Positions 39,210-49,012 are shown, numbered from the stretch's first letter. The stretch is 64,000 nt of DNA from Candidatus Levyibacteriota bacterium (GCA_003152105.1 PLZJ01000002.1:6188-70187), one strand, 5' to 3'. Translations and numbers: made by a program. Notes: generated by a model from the sequence alone, not told the origin.

Positions 39210-39548
39210 ATGAAATATTTAGTAATAATTCTTTTTATAATTCTTAGTATCTTCTATGTGAACAAAGCAAATGCTTCATGTAAAGTAGTATATGGAGGAG
39301 GCCAAAATTCATGCACTAGTTCATCTTCATCGACAAATGGAATAGTGACACAGCAATCTCTAGGATCAAGTTCAGTTATTACTTATGGTCCTAAAACACA
39401 ACAAACAAAAGGTGGATTACCAATATATCCAACACAAAATACTACTCATACTCCTTCAACAGGTACAGAAACCCTCCCATTATTATTTGTATCCTTTCTT
39501 GGTTTGATTGGTATCGCAATAAGAAGAAAAACAACAAAATCTTTTTAA
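39210..39548 (+). CDS. Small secreted protein with TKGGL motif and TPxTG sortase-like sorting signal
   Basis: Signal peptide; TKGGLP...TPSTG followed by a hydrophobic segment and RRK. Confidence 0.75.
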   Translation: MKYLVIILFIILSIFYVNKANASCKVVYGGGQNSCTSSSSSTNGIVTQQSLGSSSVITYGPKTQQTKGGLPIYPTQNTTHTPSTGTETLPLLFVSFLGLIGIAIRRKTTKSF

Positions 39549-39569
39549 ATCTGCTCCAATGATATTTTT

Positions 39570-40325
39570 ATGAGTACTCAAGCATTAGTATCTATTTTAC
39601 TTCCTGTAAGAAATAATGAACATCACTTAGTAGCCTGCTTAGAAAGCCTTCTTTCGCAGACGTACACAAATATAGAAATAATTGCCATAGATGATTACTC
39701 AAGAGATAATTCCTATGCAATACTAACATCATATAGAAAAAAGGATAAACGTATCAAAATATATCGTAATGTAAAACAATATGGCTTACGACTTACATTA
39801 AATAGATGCGTTAAGCGATCTCGAGGAGAATTTATCGCCTTTATGAATCCTGATGACTACTCGTCAAAAAGTAGAATCGCAAGACAAGTCCAATTCTTAT
39901 TACAAAATCAAAAAATCGCAGCAGTGGGAACTCAATGCTATATAGTCAATAGTTACGATAAAAAACTCGAGGCCTCCCGATTCCCCTCTGAACACGAAAC
40001 TATCTACAATAGCCTACTTCATACTGACTCAATGCAACCAGAATCTATAATGATTAATAAATACAATGTACCCAAAGATCTTCTCCAATTTACAAGTGAT
40101 GCATACCCTTATATATATCGAAGATTTCTACTTAATCTCGTTAAATATGGTGAGGTGGCAAATATAGGCACGAGACTCTATTTCCATAGAGACAGCAATA
40201 TTGTTAAACTTTCTATGAGAAAATATCTCCCAATATTTATGAAGCTTTTGGTTAAATCACATACGCTGTATGATTATAGACCTACATTTTCAGCATTATT
40301 CATGCCTCTAGTTAAAGGGATTTAG
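39570..40325 (+). CDS. GT2 family glycosyltransferase
   Basis: VSILLPVRN, IIAIDDYSRD, GEFIAFMNPDD. Confidence 0.88.
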   Translation: MSTQALVSILLPVRNNEHHLVACLESLLSQTYTNIEIIAIDDYSRDNSYAILTSYRKKDKRIKIYRNVKQYGLRLTLNRCVKRSRGEFIAFMNPDDYSSKSRIARQVQFLLQNQKIAAVGTQCYIVNSYDKKLEASRFPSEHETIYNSLLHTDSMQPESIMINKYNVPKDLLQFTSDAYPYIYRRFLLNLVKYGEVANIGTRLYFHRDSNIVKLSMRKYLPIFMKLLVKSHTLYDYRPTFSALFMPLVKGI

Positions 40326-40440
40326 GATTAACCAGACTACAAATATATTATAGTAATATTGTCCTATAATTTTTAGTACATATAATATATTTCTTCATTT
40401 TAGAGGTATAATAATCGCTCGATTCGGAAAAACTGACTAC

Positions 40441-40469
40441 TTGACAAGTCCTATAACATTAACTATAAT
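40441..40469 (+). promoter_or_regulatory. Consensus sigma70 promoter
   Basis: Perfect TTGACA-17-TATAAT. Confidence 0.85.
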
Positions 40470-40481
40470 GCTCTAATATTA

Positions 40482-40559
40482 CTTTAGGCAGGTAAATTGA
40501 CAACAAGCAAAGGATAATTTATAATCCTTCCAAACTGCCTACAAAAAGGCAGTTTTTTT
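40482..40559 (+). promoter_or_regulatory. Attenuator-like leader (terminator versus antiterminator)
   Basis: Terminator AAACTGCCT-ACAAAA-AGGCAGTTT-TTTT at 40532-40559. TAGGCAG at 40485-40491 is complementary to CTGCCTA at 40535-40541. Confidence 0.6.
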
Positions 40560-41279
40560 ATGAAAAAATTAATCAGCATATTACCAATCATACTAGTACT
40601 TCTCAGCTCGTTTGCGGGTCAAACTTTTGCCGATGATTATGGAGTATCTAACTATGGTAGTAATTGTAATAGTTCCTATGGTGGCAGCAATTATTCTGGT
40701 TCCTCATGTTCTGTTAGTACCATTAGCATAAACAAGCTTGTACAAAATCCAAAATCAAAACAATATGTGGAAAATCTCGCATTAACTGATCCTAATTATG
40801 CTCCAAATCAAATAGTGCCTTTTCAAATTAATATAACAAACACTGGCAATACTTCTCTTACAAATGTAAAAGTAGTAGATAGTTTCCCACAATACACAAC
40901 CTTTGCCGGTGGACAAGGCAGCTATAATCAAAGTCAAAATACTGATACCATTACCGTTGGTAGCCTAAATCCTAATCAAAGTGAATCTATTATGGTAGAT
41001 GGAAAAGTCGGAGATACTAACACTTTACCACAAAATCAGTCACAATTTTGTTTAGTTAATGAAGCAAGCGTAACGGCGGATAATATACCATCAAGCACAG
41101 CTAATTCTCAATTCTGTGTGACTCAGCAAATTTCCGGAGTTACAACTAAAGGAGGGCTTGAAGTAGCCTCACCAACAACTATATCAAAAACTCCTGGGAC
41201 TGGACCTGAAGCATTACCTTTACTTGCTCTTTTACCAACTGGATTATTAGGTGCTTTGCTTCGAAGAAAAACTAAATAA
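40560..41279 (+). CDS. Secreted DUF11-like domain protein with TKGGL motif and TPxTG sorting signal
   Basis: Signal peptide; INK...VPFQINITNTGNTSLTNVKVVDSFP (DUF11-like); TKGGL...TPGTG followed by TM and RRK. Confidence 0.8.
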   Translation: MKKLISILPIILVLLSSFAGQTFADDYGVSNYGSNCNSSYGGSNYSGSSCSVSTISINKLVQNPKSKQYVENLALTDPNYAPNQIVPFQINITNTGNTSLTNVKVVDSFPQYTTFAGGQGSYNQSQNTDTITVGSLNPNQSESIMVDGKVGDTNTLPQNQSQFCLVNEASVTADNIPSSTANSQFCVTQQISGVTTKGGLEVASPTTISKTPGTGPEALPLLALLPTGLLGALLRRKTK

Positions 41280-41411
41280 CACTGCTCCACTTTCCTCAGG
41301 CAGGCATTCTTACAATATTCTTACTATAGGTATCTATACTACATCTATTATATGTTAAAATTAGCTGTTAAATTAGCCTTGATTCAGTTTAAGCTTAGCT
41401 CTAGAATAAAC

Positions 41412-41439
41412 TTGACAAAATGTTAAAATATGATATACT
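41412..41439 (+). promoter_or_regulatory. sigma70-type promoter
   Basis: TTGACA-16-TATACT with an extended TG. Confidence 0.65.
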
Positions 41440-41444
41440 ACAGG

Positions 41445-41711
41445 ATAGTTCTGCTCAACTATACTTAAGGCGCAGAATAATGCGTCTTTTTTCGTATTTT
41501 GAGAAAGAACAATACTATGCCCCTGCTAATAGCTAGCAAACAGGCATACGCACATTAATAATTGGGAATCAGGAAATATAAGAATTCAGCACTTTCTAAG
41601 TGGCTGCGTTCTGTAGGTATAGATGCTTCAAGTAAATCCGGGCAGAATTTATTTGTGGCTATACTAGCCTACAGAACGCAGCCAAAAATAAAAACTTAGA
41701 GAGGAAGAATT
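41445..41711 (+). ncRNA. Highly structured 5' leader / candidate ncRNA
   Basis: Successive hairpins, including the perfect 17-bp inverted repeat TGGCTGCGTTCTGTAGG (41601-41617) / CCTACAGAACGCAGCCA (41668-41684) with nested inner stems. Confidence 0.55.
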
Positions 41712-41856
41712 AATGACGTGATAAACAAGCGCGACGGACCGATATCGATGACAGCTTTGGATGATCCCATCCGTTATTGACCATTGTGTCAAAGGGGTAG
41801 CTCTTGCACTATGCATTAGCTTAGCTTCAGAATAACCGAAAAGAAAGAGGAAATTC

Positions 41857-42891
41857 ATGCGTATACTACGCGGCGACAAGTATGTGTTGGCATTTGCGTT
41901 AAGCATCGTGCTTAGCCTTATCGTCAACTTCTACAGCGTTCTTCCTGTATCGGCTTCTCCGATCTCGAACGGCGCTGCCTCATCGGCCCTTACGAACAGC
42001 ATCTTTCCGGCTAACCACTTGCAGCTTTCTGAGCCAAGTATAGCCTATGAGATGCATACCGTGTCTAACTTCAAGCCACTTGTGGTTGGTCCATGCAGAA
42101 TGACCGATATGGGAAACATCAACACCCACGGCAAATGGATCACGCTCGTCGGCGCAGTCGGTGGATCAGGTTTCGGCCTTTGGTCTGGAACTAACGCTCA
42201 AAGAATCGAAATTTACCTGCACCTGAAATATGGTCAGACAGTTCGATTCCGGGGCCAAGGTCACCGATGGGACATGAAGTACGTCTGTCCAGACAAAAAT
42301 TTCTGGGGAGAGCAGGCATCTCACTATCTCAACGTCCGTACCGGACTGGGATTTACGATGGGTCCTGCAGTCGACAAGGAAACGCCTTGGTATCAGTTCT
42401 TCGACAATCCGTTTTGTCAGCCTATGAACATGCAGGTATCCGAAGTCGGAACCTTCATGCATCTGAGCATTCAAGACTCACAGTGGAATGGAAAGTTCTA
42501 CAGCATCGAAAAAGGATGTCCAGGACCGCCCAAGACACCATGTCTTGCAAAACGAATCGGAGACAGTACCAAAGTACCAGACAACAAGCCGTGGAAAATC
42601 AACGTCCCTGCACATCACTACTATGTGATTAACGATGCGTGGACTAACTTCGCGTCGTTACCAAATCTGCAAGGACAACAGTGGATCATCTTGCTCAAAC
42701 CGCAAGCACACACGATCTACTTCAACGGCCGAGGAAGTCTCTGGGACGAAGGCGATGCACCACGCTGCTTTAATCCAACTATGGGAGAAATCTGGCGTGA
42801 CGTAGCCAAGTACCAACATACCGCACATCCTTGGACGTTCCTCCAGGAATCGGCACTCGCCTCATATCACCTGGTTGGTTCGACCAACTAA
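41857..42891 (+). CDS. Secreted protein of unknown function with atypically high GC
   Basis: Signal peptide; two related segments ending F.G.G..WD; AGAGG SD-like site. GC was 45% and 60% in two sampled 60-bp lines versus 32% in a line of the next gene. Confidence 0.8.
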   Translation: MRILRGDKYVLAFALSIVLSLIVNFYSVLPVSASPISNGAASSALTNSIFPANHLQLSEPSIAYEMHTVSNFKPLVVGPCRMTDMGNINTHGKWITLVGAVGGSGFGLWSGTNAQRIEIYLHLKYGQTVRFRGQGHRWDMKYVCPDKNFWGEQASHYLNVRTGLGFTMGPAVDKETPWYQFFDNPFCQPMNMQVSEVGTFMHLSIQDSQWNGKFYSIEKGCPGPPKTPCLAKRIGDSTKVPDNKPWKINVPAHHYYVINDAWTNFASLPNLQGQQWIILLKPQAHTIYFNGRGSLWDEGDAPRCFNPTMGEIWRDVAKYQHTAHPWTFLQESALASYHLVGSTN

Positions 42892-42898
42892 ATCACAA

Positions 42899-43080
42899 AG
42901 GTCGACTCGACCTAGATCTAGCTTCTGCTAGATATCCTGAATTCCCAAGGGGGGATAAAGAAAGTATAGGAAACTATACTACCCCCTTGGGCGGAAAAGC
43001 AATATATTAGTAACCTGCAATGCAGAAGATTCACGATTTGCTCGTGAAACCCTTTTCTTGCTATTACTGCTATTCCGCCC
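42899..43080 (+). other. Highly structured 3' region
   Basis: AGGTCG/CGACCT, TCTAGC/GCTAGA, CCCAAGGGGG/CCCCCTTGGG enclosing AGTATAG-GAAA-CTATACT, and GGGCGGAAAAGCA/TGCTATTCCGCCC enclosing TTCACGA/TCGTGAA. Confidence 0.6.
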
Positions 43081-43124
43081 TTCCCACCTTATGTACAAAA
43101 TTATTTTGTACATAGAGTAGGAAT

Positions 43125-44054
43125 ATGAAAAAAAATATAAAACAAATATTACCACTGATCTCAGTTATTATGCCTGTATATAATGCGGGAGATTATTTAG
43201 TGCCTGCAGTTGAAAGTATTCTACATCAAACTTACCAAAACTTTGAATTTATTATCATAGACGACGCTTCTACTGATAATTCGCTCGACGTACTCAGAAG
43301 ATATAAAAAATTATACCCGGATAAGATAAAATTACTAGCTTTAAAGAAAAATCGGAATCATGGCGGTGATCGATGCGTAAACCAAGGATTAAAACTAGCA
43401 AAAGGTAAATATATTGCTCGAATGGATGCCGATGATATCGCCGTATTGACTCGACTTGAAAAACAAGTTACATTTTTAGAAACTCATCCTGATATATTTT
43501 TAGTTGGTTCATCTGCGCATGTCATAGATTCTAAAGGTAATACTATTGGTGAAAAACTTGAACCTAACTCAACAAAAGACATTTACAATGCGTATTTTAC
43601 ATTTCATCCATTAATTCATCCAACTTGCATGTTTAGAAGAATTCATAAAGGTATTGAGTTTAGGTACAATATTAAATTTAGTGCGAACAATGATTATTAC
43701 ACTTTTTTCGGGATTCTCTGTAAAGGGTACAAATTTATTAATCTTGATGAAAAACTACTTTATTATAGAATCCATGGAAAGAATGACACCTTTGTGAATA
43801 TGAAACAGAAGTTTAGTAATACTCTTAAAATCAGATATGAAATCGTTACAAAATATGGATATAAACCAAGCCCAAGAGCTCTACTTATCACCATATTTCA
43901 AAGCTTAGCAATTTATCTATTGCCTGAAAAGATGCTACGAAATCTTTATTTTCTTGCAAAAGGAATTACAAAAAAAGAACAAATTGTATTCCAACTTAAT
44001 CCTTATGGATTCATTTCCCTATTTGGAAGAAAAATACTCGCCTTTACTTCTTAA
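43125..44054 (+). CDS. GT2 family glycosyltransferase
   Basis: ISVIMPVYN, IIDDASTD, GKYIARMDADD, LYYRIH. Confidence 0.93.
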   Translation: MKKNIKQILPLISVIMPVYNAGDYLVPAVESILHQTYQNFEFIIIDDASTDNSLDVLRRYKKLYPDKIKLLALKKNRNHGGDRCVNQGLKLAKGKYIARMDADDIAVLTRLEKQVTFLETHPDIFLVGSSAHVIDSKGNTIGEKLEPNSTKDIYNAYFTFHPLIHPTCMFRRIHKGIEFRYNIKFSANNDYYTFFGILCKGYKFINLDEKLLYYRIHGKNDTFVNMKQKFSNTLKIRYEIVTKYGYKPSPRALLITIFQSLAIYLLPEKMLRNLYFLAKGITKKEQIVFQLNPYGFISLFGRKILAFTS

Positions 44055-44059
44055 AACCT

Positions 44060-45757
44060 ATGAATCTATTTAGTAAAATTATTTCTCCTTATAATGTAAT
44101 TTTTAATGTCTTATTAGTGCTTATGGCGATAGGGCTTACCTTCCCAGCAATACTACATATTAACCAATTAGCTATGGGTGATGGTGGAGATAATTATCAA
44201 TATGTTGGATTTCAATATGTAGCTCATGTGCTTTTTTCTCACGGCTATTTTCCTTTTACATGGACTAATTTATGGAGATATCCTGCCGGTATTAATTTTC
44301 AATTAGCTTTTGACTCATCATTCTTTATTATGATAGGTGTATTTCTCTATCAATTTTCACAAAATCCAATATTAATTTATAACTTATCGATGTTAGTTGC
44401 GCTCTATTGTAATTTGGTATTGAGCTATATTAGCTTTCGCGTATGGTTTGATAAAACTACGGCTTTTATTGGAACCATAATATATGGTGCTTCTTTTTAC
44501 ACAATCGCACGACTTGCAGGTCATGCAAATTTAATGCTAAGCGCAACAATACCCTTCTTTTTTGCATCTATATGGCTCTTCTACAAAAGGAAGGATTTGA
44601 TAAGTATTGGATATATTGGAATTGCAATATTATTACTTCTTTCATCTTCCCTTGAATATCCACTTATATTAATCGGCGGTCTTATCTTTGGTTCACCAAT
44701 ACTATATTTATTTTATCCAAACGAGATGAACAAGCTACTTCAGCTTGGATTTAAAAAAATTATTCTCCTAATAATTATCGTTTGCTTAGCTGTTGGAATA
44801 TTTTCTATTGTACAAGGAGAAAAACTCCTTAGTATATTTAATAACTCAGTTCAACTTCCTTATCAAGGCCTACAATATGTTGAATCTATTAATTTTTTTA
44901 CTCCAAACAACTATGTATATAACTTAAGTGGAATAATTGCAAATCCTACAGGTAGAGGAATTGAAAAAGCAAGCGTATTCTTTGGGTATACTGAATTACT
45001 TTTATTCGTTATTGCGCTTTATTATCTAAGACGCAAACGCATAACGCTCGCGCTTGGAAGTATATTTATTATTTATTTCATCATTGCACAAGGAGTTCAA
45101 ACGCAATTAAGTTCTATATGGCCTTATCAATATCTATTTTTAGAACCACCTTTTCGGGACATAGTTGAACCGGGGAGATTCTTTCTAATTTTCTATTTTG
45201 TATCTACGATTCTGATTTTGCTTTTCATAAAGCATATAAAAAGTAAGAAAATAATTATTGTAATACTACTTTTATTAATAATTGAAAGAATACCAATTAA
45301 TTTCCCGATACGTGGCTACCCTACAGAAAATTTTATACCGATAGTACAAAAATCGGATTCAAATGCTGTGTTAGACTTACCTATTTTTACCGATTGGTGG
45401 AATGGACCACTTTATGATTATTACAGCATTTTATACCAAAAACCAATTGTAAATGGATATATTCATTGGTCTGGAAATACACCCAACGCAAAATATTTTA
45501 CGGATTCATTAAATTCTTTTTCATGCTATTCTGGAGCGTCAACACAAATTGACAAATCAGATGCAGAACTCATGAAAAATCAATTAATTACTCAGCTAAA
45601 ACAAAATAACATTAAAACTGTTGTTATTCATAAAGATATCTATCATTTTCCTGAATGTACAAAAGCTGCATATTATATACAAACATTAACCCAAGATAAT
45701 CAAGTCTGGAAGATTTTATTCCAAGATGACAAAACCATAGTATTGTGGTTACAATAA
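44060..45757 (+). CDS. Polytopic membrane protein, GT-C/YfhO-like glycosyltransferase
   Basis: GDGGD after TM1, YPAG, about 12 TMs, EPGRF, VLDLP, KPIVNGY. Confidence 0.6.
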   Translation: MNLFSKIISPYNVIFNVLLVLMAIGLTFPAILHINQLAMGDGGDNYQYVGFQYVAHVLFSHGYFPFTWTNLWRYPAGINFQLAFDSSFFIMIGVFLYQFSQNPILIYNLSMLVALYCNLVLSYISFRVWFDKTTAFIGTIIYGASFYTIARLAGHANLMLSATIPFFFASIWLFYKRKDLISIGYIGIAILLLLSSSLEYPLILIGGLIFGSPILYLFYPNEMNKLLQLGFKKIILLIIIVCLAVGIFSIVQGEKLLSIFNNSVQLPYQGLQYVESINFFTPNNYVYNLSGIIANPTGRGIEKASVFFGYTELLLFVIALYYLRRKRITLALGSIFIIYFIIAQGVQTQLSSIWPYQYLFLEPPFRDIVEPGRFFLIFYFVSTILILLFIKHIKSKKIIIVILLLLIIERIPINFPIRGYPTENFIPIVQKSDSNAVLDLPIFTDWWNGPLYDYYSILYQKPIVNGYIHWSGNTPNAKYFTDSLNSFSCYSGASTQIDKSDAELMKNQLITQLKQNNIKTVVIHKDIYHFPECTKAAYYIQTLTQDNQVWKILFQDDKTIVLWLQ

Positions 45758-45760
45758 ACT

Positions 45761-48700
45761 ATGCTTCGTTATTTAAAGAATCATGTTTTTCCTCTTCTTA
45801 TTATTTTAATTTCCTTCATAGTCTTCATACGTAATTATATTCCCGGAACATATTTAATTGGCTGGGACAATCTAATGCCTGAATTCGATATAGCATTAAA
45901 CTTCAAACGAGCTATTTTTGGCCTTTGGCAAGACTATAGAGGAATAGGAATTTTAGATGGCATGTCCAATACGGCAACATTTTTTCATACTACTTATATT
46001 TACCTACTTTCCTTTTTATTACCTCAAAATATGCTTAGGTATGTATTCATTTATGGTACTTTTATGGTTGGGGGTATAGGATTTTATTATTTTATTAATT
46101 ACATATTATCCAAAAATCATGAACATATTAGTAAAAGAACAATTCAAATAGTATCTTTTTCGGGTGCGTTATTTTACATGTTTAATCTTGACGTAATTCA
46201 GATGTATTTTGCACCCCTTGAATTATTCGCAGTTCACTTTGCAGCATTGCCTTTCTTAGCTTGGAGAATAAGCTGCACACTAGATAAACCCAGTAAACGA
46301 AACTTATTATTACTTTTACTTGTAAGTTTACTTACGACACCTCAAAGTTTTGTTCCCACAGTCTTTATTGCCTTCTGTATTCTTATTTTTTTCCTATTAC
46401 TCTTCTCTTTTATTCATTCTAAAAATTGGAGGGCAATACTACTTACTGCTTTAATACTTATTTCATCAAATGCATTCTGGGCTCTTCCTTACTTATATAG
46501 TGGTCCAAAAACAGCAACCATTATAAAAAACGCAAGGATTAATCAATTTTCTTCAGAAGAAATTTTTTATCGTAATAAAGCACGAGGCGATTTATTAAGT
46601 GTATTTCGAATGCAGGGATTCATGATTGACACCATTGAGTACGACCAAATTAACAATAAGGATGTATTATTTATGGACGCTTGGAGGAATCATCAAAGTT
46701 CTTTCTTTTATATAGTTATCTTTACATTGATATTTATATCTACGATGTATGGTATCTACTATTCATTTCGAAAAAGAAATTACGTTTTATTTCCGTATTT
46801 TGCTACGCTCTTTGTCGCTTTTGTATTTTTAGCAAATGATGCTCCAGTACTTGGAGGTGTAAATGATTTTATTAGAAATTATTTTCCTCTCCTTGGTGAA
46901 GCATTCCGATTTCCTTTTACTAAATTTTCGACGTTATATGCTTTTTGTTTTACGATATTTTTCTCCTATGGACTGCTGCGCATACTTGTTAAATGGAATA
47001 AATATAAAAACTTCATACTTACAATAAGCATTATAGGTATTATGTTTTTAGGCTTACCTGCATTTATGGGTAATTTTACTTCTCCTCTTTTGAAACTACA
47101 AATTCCAAATGATTACTTGCAAACCTTTAACTATTTTCAGCATCAAGATGAAAATGCCAGAATTGCTCTACTTCCTGCTCATACGTTTTGGAATTGGCAA
47201 TATAGAACCTGGGGACAAAGAGGATCGGGATTCTTATGGTACGGCATCCCACAATCAATCATGGAGCGTGCATTTGATCCATGGAGCAATTATAACGAAC
47301 AGGCTTTTAACGAACTATCTTATACGATAAATTCTCAAGATAAGCAAGCCTTTTTAAATGTACTTGTTAAATACAATATGTCCTATGTGCTTGTTGATCA
47401 ATATTTGTTAGATACACTAACTAGACAACCAGTTAACTATGATAGTTTAAATCGGTTTCTTTCCTCTTGTCCATTTCTTCAAAAGAAAAAAGAATTTGGA
47501 AAAATAGAGATTTATTACATAAAACCTGCTGATAAATGGATATATTCATTAGCACAAGGCTCAACAGCTCATGTTTCACCACAATTCAATTATGAAAATG
47601 TAGATTTAGCTAGTAATGATTCTAGTAACTATATCTATGATACTAGCTTACCGGATCTAGGATATCTTTTTCCTTCACTCTTTACAGAAAAAGAACAAGA
47701 AGATTTGGAATTTAATGCCAATGATCAAGGTGATAATATTACAATAACTTCAAATAAAACATATCCACAAAATCAAAGTAACCTAGAATTAGAGATACCA
47801 AATATATATTCGACTGAATTTTTAATTCCTTTTTCTATACAAAAAATAAATAATATAATTTCTTTTAATGTTCTGTACCCAAAATTATATATTAATAATC
47901 AATTAGTACCACTAGCTTCCCAACCAATACAAATACATCCGACTGTAGTTAAAAATCCTCAGCAGATGATACTTCAAGACACGAATGACACGATTAATAT
48001 GACAAAATCCAATAATAGAGGATATTTAATAAATAACACCTTAAATATTATTACCTTAAAAAATGGTAAAAATAAAGAAAACGTCGAGATTGATTTACAC
48101 CATGGAAATTTAACTCCTTTCCATTATAAGATTGCTTCAGGAAATATTACTTTAGTAAAAGCAGTTATTCACAAAATACATGGGCCTTTAGCAAATGAGC
48201 AAGTTATCGCAAAAGGTAACTATCAAATACATGAATTTAAAAATCCTATAAATCCATACGGAAGCTCGTTTGGAAAAGTTGAAAAAAACCAATCACATGT
48301 GACCCTTACCGTACAAAGCGAATCAGAAGAACTCACACTATATCAGAATAACTTATTTCATCAAGGCTCTTATATTTTATTTGCTAATACAACCTATGGT
48401 TCAGGTTTACCAATAAATTTTTATGTAGATAACACGTTTGAAAAACGCGCCGAAGTTGAGAGTGATTTTTCGGAGTATAGAAATCAAACTATTGAAATTA
48501 TTCCACCAACTGAAATGTATTTTTCAGGTTATGGATTTCATTTTACTGTTAAATCTGTAGGAAACGAGATCGCTAGCTCCACTATTAACGACATAAATAT
48601 ATACCCATTTCCTCAAAACTTCTTAAAGTCTATTAAAATATTAAGTAATAATACTGGATTAATAAATAAAAACCAACCTTCACAATCACTACAATTTAGC

Positions 48701-49012
48701 AAACCGCTTCCTTTTATCTATATTGTAAAGCCAACATCAACTGCATCATACCTAGTACTATCTCAATCATTTGAATCTGGATGGCACGCATATGCTATTA
48801 ATGAGTTGACAATTCCGAACATCCTATTCCCCTTTCTATTTGAAAGAGAACTGCCCCATGTCCTTGTTAACAATTGGGCAAACGGTTGGACGTTTAATTT
48901 GGCTAGCACCTATATTGATCTTATATTTATTCCTCAATATTTAACATTTATAGGAATATTAATACTCCTTATTTCCATAATATACTTACTACTTAAGAAA
49001 TATTCTGCTTAA
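45761..49012 (+). CDS. Large GT-C/AftD-YfhO-like membrane glycosyltransferase with extracellular domains
   Basis: GWDN after TM1, many TMs, FRFPFTKF, IPNDY, LVLSQSFESGW, VNNWANGW and a final TM. Confidence 0.65.
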   Translation: MLRYLKNHVFPLLIILISFIVFIRNYIPGTYLIGWDNLMPEFDIALNFKRAIFGLWQDYRGIGILDGMSNTATFFHTTYIYLLSFLLPQNMLRYVFIYGTFMVGGIGFYYFINYILSKNHEHISKRTIQIVSFSGALFYMFNLDVIQMYFAPLELFAVHFAALPFLAWRISCTLDKPSKRNLLLLLLVSLLTTPQSFVPTVFIAFCILIFFLLLFSFIHSKNWRAILLTALILISSNAFWALPYLYSGPKTATIIKNARINQFSSEEIFYRNKARGDLLSVFRMQGFMIDTIEYDQINNKDVLFMDAWRNHQSSFFYIVIFTLIFISTMYGIYYSFRKRNYVLFPYFATLFVAFVFLANDAPVLGGVNDFIRNYFPLLGEAFRFPFTKFSTLYAFCFTIFFSYGLLRILVKWNKYKNFILTISIIGIMFLGLPAFMGNFTSPLLKLQIPNDYLQTFNYFQHQDENARIALLPAHTFWNWQYRTWGQRGSGFLWYGIPQSIMERAFDPWSNYNEQAFNELSYTINSQDKQAFLNVLVKYNMSYVLVDQYLLDTLTRQPVNYDSLNRFLSSCPFLQKKKEFGKIEIYYIKPADKWIYSLAQGSTAHVSPQFNYENVDLASNDSSNYIYDTSLPDLGYLFPSLFTEKEQEDLEFNANDQGDNITITSNKTYPQNQSNLELEIPNIYSTEFLIPFSIQKINNIISFNVLYPKLYINNQLVPLASQPIQIHPTVVKNPQQMILQDTNDTINMTKSNNRGYLINNTLNIITLKNGKNKENVEIDLHHGNLTPFHYKIASGNITLVKAVIHKIHGPLANEQVIAKGNYQIHEFKNPINPYGSSFGKVEKNQSHVTLTVQSESEELTLYQNNLFHQGSYILFANTTYGSGLPINFYVDNTFEKRAEVESDFSEYRNQTIEIIPPTEMYFSGYGFHFTVKSVGNEIASSTINDINIYPFPQNFLKSIKILSNNTGLINKNQPSQSLQFSKPLPFIYIVKPTSTASYLVLSQSFESGWHAYAINELTIPNILFPFLFERELPHVLVNNWANGWTFNLASTYIDLIFIPQYLTFIGILILLISIIYLLLKKYSA

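Noticed and set aside
41445-43080. Group I/II intron, RNase P, tmRNA or known riboswitch
   Set aside because: I found no domain V, P7, GAGGAAAGUCC or tRNA-like ends, and no interrupted host gene. Kept as an unknown structured element.
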